Both the position numbers and the translations under genes were made by a program. A DNA stretch of 56,866 nt, filler included, from Sphacelaria rigidula (Eukaryota), in assembly GCA_964200075.2 (NCBI GenBank). It is 6 parts of 6 records of this genome, joined end to end, with 100 filler letters (N's around TTAATTAATTAA, not from the genome) between each part and the next. Parts side by side here need not be neighbours in the genome. Positions count along the whole stretch, not along the records: positions 47,474 to 56,866 come from CAXNAA020008602.1; 5 more parts are not named here. One strand, 5' to 3'. The notes below the pieces were generated by a model that had not been told where the DNA came from, did no database searches, and worked only from the letters and a program-made list of their open reading frames with translations. This document shows positions 47,865 to 56,866 of this stretch, one piece after another; position 1 is the stretch's first letter; each line of letters begins with the position of its first letter.

Positions 47865-48217
47865 ATCTTTTCTGGATGCCGGTCTACACCTTTTGGCATA
47901 TGTGGACGCACCAGCCGGAGTCACATAGGAGGAAGGTCAACACAGGTGTTTCTTGTTTGTTTGTTTGTTTGTGTTTAGTACCCCACCTTCCTTATGCGGT
48001 GCTCGCCTTTATTTTTTTTATCGCGAGAGGGGTTCAGCAGTCTCTTTCCCTCGTCGAATATTGAGTCGAATTTGTGTACCCACGACGTATAATAATAGTC
48101 GATCTCCACTGTTGAGCATGGTGTGAGAAACAGTCCCAGCTCGCACCGAGATGTGAAGATGTGAACCCACGACCCAACCGTCAGGAGGTTTCGAGGTTAC
48201 CAACTGAGCCACCGGGG
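47865..48217 (-). mobile_element. tRNA-derived SINE (family S1), reverse copy
   Basis: The reverse complement begins ccccggtggctcagttggtaacctcgaaacctcctgacggttgggtcgtgggttcacatc. The body matches 43850-44125. Confidence 0.75.
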
Positions 48218-50069
48218 TGTAGTGTACCACACTGTACAAGTATTGTACACAAGTGACCGTGTACCGTGTCACGAATTTCACTGCCTTTTTTCGATCGAAA
48301 ACCTGATAATTCACTTGGACCCAACTCGAGATAAATGAGCGAATTTCGCTCAAATCAATCCCACCGCTCCAATTTTTCGATCGAAAACAAACGTGCCAAG
48401 ACACGCCCTCAGAACATCATTTTTCGATCGAAAAAGTGCGGTGGAAAACAAACATTTCGATACTATAGGTCGCGATTTCAACCATCGACATAAACTACGA
48501 TGATGGTTGAAATCACGACCTATCAGATGGGAGTCTTTTTCTTTTCCAACACAACGCAATTTGAACTATCGTATTTTAGGCTGATAGCACAACCTGTCAA
48601 ATCGTATTTTTTGTTTCCCACCACACGTTTTCGATCAACAACTTAGTTGCGAAGACACGGCCTTCGCAATTGTTTTCTCCATCGAAAAAACGTGGTGGAA
48701 AAAGAAAATACTGATCTGATAGGTCCACGGCATTTCTGTTCCTAGCTGGCTTCAACTATATTTTATGATTCGTGGCGCGCGGAGAAGACCTGAAGAACAA
48801 CAAAGCTGAGCTTTTTCGATCAAAAACATGCGGATAAAAAGCACGAAGAAGGGGCGCTTGACCCCTGTCTTGCAGACCACCATGCTAGATACCACCGGTT
48901 CACAGAACAACGCAAACTCCACACAACTCATTATCAGCTGAGTCACCCTACGATAGGGGGGGGGGGGTATTTGGGGCCATTTCTTGAACGAAATTCCAAG
49001 ACAAATCGCCACTGAAATCAGCAACGGTTGCTCGAACGAGCTTGTTCTAGATATATAACGCTCGTTCATACCGATTGACACCGATTTGAACCAAATACAA
49101 GCGCATCGCGAGTGTTGCAGGTCATCTGACACACTTACTAGCCTTTTTTTTCGTGCAACCAAATACCCCCCCCCTATCGTAGGATGATTCAGCTACCACC
49201 GCAGCCCTGCAGCGTAGAGCACAAGTTGTTCACGCGGGTAAATACGCTGCAGTAGTTGGGCATGATGTGTATATTTTTTGTCGACGGCAACTTGAACATC
49301 TTCTCTCATAGATCGGCGATGAAACTACGTGGGTGGGGGGACGACCGACTTGCGTACATGATCATGGGCAGTGCAGGCAGTATAAAACTGCACGTTGTTC
49401 ACGCCATCTTCACGTCGCGTTGTGTGCAGTGAGTACAGATAGCCCTGCGTTGGCTGTACTGCACGTTGCCCGCTTCTCCTCCATATATATCCTACTGTAC
49501 GTAACACGGGTACACACACTCAGACGCCCTGTCGTTGTCCGCTTGTTCTTCACATCCTACCGTACGACACACGTGTACATACACTCAAACACACTGAATG
49601 CACATAACAACAATGCAGACAACCGTAGTATAGTACTACAGTACTGCCTGTACTGTAGACAAGCGAACAAGTTCCGTTCCGCGAAATTGGCTATCTTTTT
49701 CTGATCTAAAGCTTATAATAATAATTAAGCTTGAGAAGTCCCTTCGAACCAGTTCTGCGAAAACTGAACGAATTCGCTCAAACCAATCCCACCGCACTTG
49801 TTTATCGATCGAACACAAATTTGATAGGATATGCCCTCGGACCTACCGTGCCACTGCTGCCTAATCCTTTTTTCGTTCACCCTAACTTCGACGGATTCAC
49901 TTTTTCCAGCTTTTTTAAAATCCCTTCTAGCAAGCGAGAAAAAAACAAATCTACAACGGTGACAGGGTAGGCCTGGGTGCGTTTTCTCTGGTGCCACAGG
50001 TTTTTCTCCGAGATCCGGAATGTTGTGCCGCACATCGTCGTTGAAGTATTTTCGCGTGAAATTTGTGCC

Positions 50070-50587
50070 ACAGCGGGCTAATGTCAAAGTGTCACCGTCA
50101 GGGTGAAGAGAACGGGTGTGCAATTCCCGCCAGATGTGCTATTTTGTTTTTCCGGATATATGATTTCCATCGTCGAAAGCTTGAGAGCGTCAGGCAGGAG
50201 AGATGGGTTGACCTCTCGAGATCACAGACTCGTTTAGAGCATGACAGGAACATAAAAAATCGTGCGCCGAAAATATACTAGGTCAAGTACAGCACGTGCC
50301 CAAATATTCGGCCGGGAGAGAGTGCTAGCGATTCTGCCTCGTGTGATAGCTATGGTCAGACGCTGAAATATATTGACGTCTGCGCAGCGTGAGCTTACCC
50401 GTTGGATTGGCGGTATCCGCGTGCACGAGTCCCACACTCTCACAAGGTGCGTTGTACTTTTTGTACTACGCGTAGGACTCCCTTGGCTGCCACGCCTCCC
50501 TTCGGAATAATGCATTTAGCGGGAATTGAACCCAAGTTCTCTTCACCTTAAAGGCGACAGTCTGACTATCAGACCGCGGTTTCGCCC
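50070..50587. mobile_element. ~510-bp element with tRNA-like terminal inverted repeats (family S2)
   Basis: The left end 50073-50130 and the reverse complement of 50518-50580 align (gcgg.ct.at.gtca.a.tgtc.cc.t.a.ggtgaagagaac..g.gt.caattcccgc). The body recurs at 14760-15216(-) and 14008-14628(+). A head also occurs at 43520-43586(-). Confidence 0.65.
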
Positions 50588-51056
50588 TTTGCATAACCCA
50601 TTATCGTTATATTTTCGGTACACGACCTCTTCTTTCCTATAAAGACCATTAAAGACATCAAGAGCTGTCGGAGCACACGCGTGGCGATCCCCCGATTACA
50701 GGGATATGTATACTCTGCGATATGTCGCCGCGGTTCTTGAGATATTGCATATTCTGTGAAATACATATCTGTTTGGAGGTTGTCCCAGAGCTCGTGAATG
50801 TACTCCCAAGTTTCTCCTGTCAAGAGATCCCTTCGTCAGCATTAATCGACTGTATTTTACAACGGCAGCCTCTTCATCACCGGCAGAGATAAAAATGCTG
50901 TCCGAAGTCCGGTCCTCAAACACTCCGTACCGCCAATGCCACGTATCACTATATTATATTCACTCGCACTCCTGCAAAAGTCACGCCTGCGCTGCTTTTG
51001 TTGTATTCGTCACGTGTGGATGTTTCGGTCGTGCATTTGCTCCTTACTTTCCTATT

Positions 51057-51087
<31 letters not shown>

Positions 51088-52335
51088 CTATTTTCTTTTT
51101 TTCTTTTCTTTTGTTGACTTTTTTATTTCTTTTTTTTTACTGCTTTGTCTGTTTTTTCATTATNNNNNNNNNNCGCCGCTTTTGTTTTCTTCGTCACGTG
51201 TGGTTGTTTCGGTCGTGCTTTTGCTCCTTACTTTCCTATTCTTTTCCTTTTTTTTTTTTTTTTTTTAGGTCGGCCATATACTTCTGTGCTTTGCTTGTGT
51301 TGTCTTTTTTATTTCTTTTTTGTTACGGCTTAGTCTGCTATATCATTATGTTCACCTTTTTTTCTTCTTCTTCCTGTTCCTTCTTTTCTTCAGAGCGTGT
51401 TTCAGTTTCGTTTTTCTTGGGTACGTACGTCTATCATGAGAACACGGCTGGATCATGACTACCTGGAGGGTTAGTTAAAGTGTGACAATCAATCCATCAA
51501 TCAATCAGTGGCGAATCAAGTTTCACGGAATGGGAGCGGTGGCCGGAGGCCAGTAGGCAACAGCAGCAACCAGGGATACCCATGAGGGCTTGCCGTTCTC
51601 TCTTGCATCGCGTTGTGATGATTCCGACATGGACGTGACTGATGTTCATGCATAGGTGGCGGGATGGGGGGTGGTGGAAACCACCTCCGCCCGAAACCGA
51701 GGTATGCGATTATTACAGTGTTCACCACCCTGGACATAAGACAACGTTGCCAAAAGAAGTACTGGGTACAACATCTGAACTCCCGTATTCATTTACAACG
51801 GGTTAGATACCGTGCGCAGTACTCCTTTTGTCAACGTTGTCTACCGTAATGAGAACCAGAATGTTACAGGTGAATCTATTAGGAGTAAGAACCGTACTTC
51901 GCCTCGAAGGGATGCGTGGTCAATGGTCAAACGACTAAGGCGAACAACAAATGAGTACGCCCCCCCCCCCCCCCCCCCAGGGGGGGGAGAACAACTTTTT
52001 TTCCCCCTTTTGGTTTCATTTGTTTTTTTTCTTTTTTTTTTTTTTTTAGCCCATGGAGGACGAAGACCATTGTTTCGCACGTTTGCGTTGAATTTGGTTC
52101 ATATTCTTGTCTTTCTGCTTCTGACCTTGCTTGCTTGATCTTTTTCGCTCTTCGCTTCTCGTATTCTCTTTTATGCCTTGTTTCTTGGTCTCTTTTCCCG
52201 TCGTCTTTCTTGTTTTTGTCGTATGCTTTTTTATTGACATTGCGTTGCCTCGTGTCTTCGCTGTCTTCCCCCTCGTCGCCACCAGTACAAGCAGGGCACT
52301 TAGCCGGAACCGAAGAACAAGAACGCGAAGACCAG

Positions 52336-52769
52336 GAACAGCCGATCATCGAAATCGAGGATAGAGCTCTTCATGGGGGGTGAGAACCTGAAGGATTAAA
52401 ATCTTCGTCTCCACACTAAATATTCGAAATATGTTTCCATTCTTTCACCGACTGGTAGCTATTAACAACTGCTACACACCATACTACGAATTTGGATTTC
52501 GATCACCGAAATGTTGGGGTCCTAGATAAAGAAACCATTTTGGGGAACTTAGGTGATTCCCCGATATTCGTTCTCCGCCTAGAACGCCAACATTTCGGTT
52601 ATTGAAATCCAAATCAGTATGACGTGTAGTACTTGTCAATAGCTACCTCCCGGTAAGTGAAGGAGTGGGACCATATTTCGAAGATTTGGTGTGGATACGA
52701 AGATTGTAATCCTCCGGGTTATCATCCTCAATTAACAGCTCCGTTCTCAATTTCGATGATCGGCTGTTC
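52336..52769. mobile_element. Near-full-length palindromic foldback element
   Basis: GAACAGCCGATCATCGAAAT...ATTTCGATGATCGGCTGTTC. The arms pair up to a small loop near 52550. A right-arm fragment also lies at 47474-47545. Confidence 0.85.
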
Positions 52770-55700
52770 AAGGCCGTGCCCGGACACAACATGGTCGATA
52801 TGCGGTTTAGAGGATCAGCGGTCAGAGAGGTAGCCCACGAAATGATGTCACCATACTAGGTAATGTGGATACAGTACGTGTTCATGGGTATAAAGAACCC
52901 CCTGATGATGACTCAGTCATATCGTTCATATCCTTGCAATCTAGCACCACCCATTCCGAGCATTTGTGTCCACAGGTGTATGCGTAGCTCTATTGTAGCA
53001 CCACCGATAATGGATGATGTCAAATCCTTGATTTCCACGGAAGCTGCAGCGATCATTCCGAGCACCGGCGACTGTGGCTGATGATGCCGGCTTCGTTTGG
53101 TAGCGTCAGGCCCAATTTTCACTGCTATGCCATCTGTGAGCCCCGCAGCAGATCGTGCGGAGGGGGTAAATGCAGGTTCGTGCATACAAACTTCTGTTCA
53201 GATTTAGTGTAAACCGATTCACTTGAAGTGGGCACATCGATAATGGTTGTGTATTCTTGCAAACTGATCGTAAACATAACTGAATAAAAGAGGGGCATGG
53301 CACGAAAAGAGAACAAACTCTACTCGGGTTGTGCGGTATTGAAAGCTCGTTTGAGAGTACCGTTGAATCGGCTCGAAGCAGAGGTGACCCTTTTCCCGGT
53401 TGTTGAAACTGAGTCGTTTCTCATATGATGGAAGGAATTGTCACCGCTCAGCGGTCGGTTCTCTGACCGCGGAACAGTCAAGACGGTGATACAATAACAA
53501 GACGCCATACACTCACACTTATTGCACAAACCAGGATGGCTTGCCAGTTCAACCTGGACGTGTTGTGCATCACGTCGTCCACTGACTTGCGTCGTCAACT
53601 GCTGCGTTGTCCGACCCTTCCTCTCCCTGGGACCCGTCCCCTCTGTTCGTGTTACCCTGCGCCCCTTTTCACCCTTCCTGCTCCTGACTACACAATGGCA
53701 ATACATGATGGTGTGCAAATATGGTGCGCGGCAAGGCTAAGGTGACGGAAAGTGTCACGAAATCTGTTTCAGCTGCTGGAAGCGGAGGGAGTGACGCCCA
53801 AGGGTGATTTTGATAGTATATCAGTGTTGTCCACCGCTGATGCCTGGAATTCTTCGGCTAAACGAGGTTTTTGTGAAAGTTTACTTGTGGTGTCATGGGT
53901 GCTGTTCCTCTGGTGTATGTGAACATTTTTTTGTCGATTTTCTGTGTATTTAGTGCATTGCTTGATGGAAGTGTCAGCCATCGGAGTGTGTGAATGCTTC
54001 TAACCAAGACGACAGAACCTCATTGCTTTATACCCGCATTCGGTTCTTGTTTCTTTATTTTCCTCGGCGTGTCGATCGCATCCGTCTGTCCCGCCGCTTT
54101 CCAGGATATCGTGGCTTGAGAGTTCCCCACCTGGAGCACTTCCCCAGATAGCAAATAGTCTTGACCTGCTCCCGATGCCTTGCTTCTTTAGTGTGGTCTC
54201 CTGTTCGAAGCCCTGTCAGCGGCTTGTTGGGGTTTCAGTCCGGTCCGCTCTTGGTGGCATGATGGTCGTTTGATCGTACAGCATGTGCCATTGTTTTGTG
54301 TTGTCGCTCTCGTCCCCTTTTTCTTCTGCAATTGTGTTTCCTTAGTCTGCTCGAGGTTTCTCCGTAGCCAGTGCTGTTCTAGTTTATTCGCTATGGCTAT
54401 GTTCACCTTATAACCCAGGCTGGATTCGAAGTCGATCAGTCAATATTGTGAGACAATCAATGAGTCAAGGCAGCCAATGTCAACGCCCGTCGTTGTGCGG
54501 TTTCGATCTCCAAACGCTTCGCGTGGTCAAGGTGTCGACATGCGCCATTGTTGTGTGTTATCATGTTGATATCGACTTCGGGAATGTTAAGTACCCATCC
54601 TTCGAAATGGGGGAGGAGGGTGTCTGATTGCCCGGAACAGTGGGTTTGCTGGTATGTTTTCCACAATTTTTACACACCAGGTGTAGGCTTGCTTGTCGGT
54701 GAAAGCTACAGGCGGTGTGAAAATGTGTGTGAATGTTGATACCAAGAAGATTCGACTGCAATTCGTTGCTTACAATGAATGAAGCTTCAAAGTGCTCTTT
54801 CACGCAAGAACTTGCTGAATTCCCCCGCCTGTTTTAGGATAGCAGTGAGGCTGCGTTGTGTGTCAGCTGGACCAAGGTTCGATCGATACACAGGCCTCTC
54901 TTCTCTCGTTATCTATACTGCGCTTCATGTCTTCCCGTGTCGTGCGTCAGCTTTGTTGTCGAGAAATTTCTTAGAACGTCTCCCTTGAAGTTTGGAGTTG
55001 ATGGAACAAGATTCGAAATGCACCGAGTACATACCCTTCAGCCGATTGTTTTGGCTAGCTACGAGAGAGCCGAGCTGCTTTGGCGCGAACAAGGGGGGAC
55101 AAACATAGATGTGTTCACCATGTAACATTCTTGATCGTGAAAGCCAAAGCTAGTCATCACCGATAGCTGTTTGTTCGGCCAACTCTCGTCGATCGTGTGG
55201 ACACCTCTTTGGCGGCTTCCACCAACAGCTCTTGACATTACACGGCTGCGTGACAGCGACTTTTGCTACTGAATTCGGTGTCCTCAAAATCAAGGGACAA
55301 GGGCGCCGCTTCAGGTTTTGGACTCGATTTTCGCGTTAACCCTCGTTCTGGGCTAAAGCTCCTTTTCACACGTGTTTTGTATATTTCACGCTGCGTGTTG
55401 TCCGCGAAGTTGAATTCTTGAGACGAATGCGTCGAACCAGAGAGAATCGATGAACCGGAACCCACCATGGCCCAAAAATGGGTTGTCTCAATTCCCATCA
55501 ATCGGTCGAGATCTGTCGGCTAGACCTCCAGCTGACACTTAACGACCTAACATGCGGCTCGTTTCTCACAAAAGAACCGTTGTGTCTCCTATCCCCGCTA
55601 GTTTGTGTAACGGAGATTTGATTTCCGAGCTGCGAGCTTTGATCACAAGCGCACAAGACGTCGAATCGGCTGAAATTGGTGTACACGGCGAAGTTATAGT

Positions 55701-56866
55701 AAATGAAAAAATGCATCGATGTCAAAATTCGCAACTTCGATTCGGCTTCCACGCTAAATTTTCAGTCGGAAGGGGAGGGGGCTCCATGGGTCGAGAATTC
55801 TGACCCCGCCCCCGTCCATCACCCCTCCCTGATGAAATACGTAAAAGATTATTGAGTAACATGTGGAACAAACGTGATTAGCGCCCATATGTTGGTGTCT
55901 CCATTATGAGTAGGGACAGTGCTCCGTCTCAAAAGAGATGCGTGGTCAATGTTGACACGACTACGGCAAGCAACGAATGAGTACACCCCCTCGCCCGTCT
56001 CCATGGGAAGGGAAATTCTGCGTTTCTTGGAGCAGCACCCAAACTTTGAAGAATTAGTAATGATTCGTCACTTTGGTATCTAAATTTCTGAGTGTCCTGT
56101 TTTTGCGGCAATACCCTTCTCCACAGTACCGCGCGCGTTCGTTGTGCCTTCGTTGTTGGATACTGTTCTGAAAGAAACCAAGCTCAGACCGCGCTTTGCG
56201 GGAACAAGACACTAAATGAAAAATCATCACTATCGAGGTACTTTTGACGTGGAGAAACACGAAAATCCCTCTTCAAATCTGCACGTCGTGGGCGCAGGGA
56301 GGATATTTTTCAAGGGCGTCTCGGGGGTAACGGTAAATACCCAAGTATTCACTCTCCCGAAGATTGCGCTGCGCTGGTCCGATCTCCAATCTCTACCCAA
56401 ATATTGGGTAAAGTTAGGTACGATCTCAGTACTCTATCCAATATCTGGGTGTTATTGTCTGTACTATCTTGATACCCTACCCGAGTTCTGGGTACCACGA
56501 AAACAAGTTTTTTACAAAACCTAAATGTAGGAAAACCCTGCCCAACACACCCTTGGATTCTTTCATGGACAGGTGGATCTGTCTATGCTTGAAACCGCGC
56601 GAAGAGTTGGACATTCTTGTCTGGGCGAGGGCAAGCTCACCACTGCTGCCATCAAGTCGACGTTTCTATCTCCCATTGGCTGACCTACCCCACATGCCAC
56701 GAGCTCCCCTTCGCGCAGCATGGTCAGAATCCATGATGAACGTGTATTCGAACCCGGTGCGCATCTAAGAACAGGCTGCCAACTGGGACCTTTATTCCGT
56801 GGCCCGTGGCGAAGGATAGATAGTTTTGTCTTTTGTATTATTGGAGAGTGCCTAGACTGAGTTGAC

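Noticed and set aside
50895..52383. Long Phe-rich or Lys-rich ORFs (also 2651-3121 and 9645-10139)
   Set aside because: They are translations of poly-T/poly-A low-complexity tracts, retroposon ends and polypyrimidine tracts, not membrane proteins.

Overview
This is eukaryotic, repeat-rich DNA with intron-rich genes. The style suggests a brown alga or other stramenopile, but that is inferred, not proven. The window is NOT one locus. It is six unrelated, size-sorted contigs (9396, 9395, 9394, 9394, 9394 and 9393 bp) joined by identical artificial 100-bp N44-TTAATTAATTAA-N44 linkers, so no gene neighbourhood can be inferred across the linkers. Three spliced genes can be rebuilt by hand with phase-consistent GT-AG introns: (1) a DOT1-family histone H3K79 methyltransferase domain (contig 2, +, 6 exons); (2) a MAP kinase kinase with two large kinase-domain insertions, whose probable last exon is a LINE fragment (contig 3, +); and (3) the N-terminal/CuA half of a tyrosinase (contig 4, -, 4 exons). 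A probable terminal exon ending in an ATG8-interacting-like motif also lies in contig 3. The rest is decayed LINE fragments, tRNA-derived SINE-like elements, MITE and foldback elements (some nested), and tandem repeats. One element carries tRNA-like heads as inverted repeats at both ends. I found no CRISPR array, rRNA, intact tRNA or prokaryotic operon.
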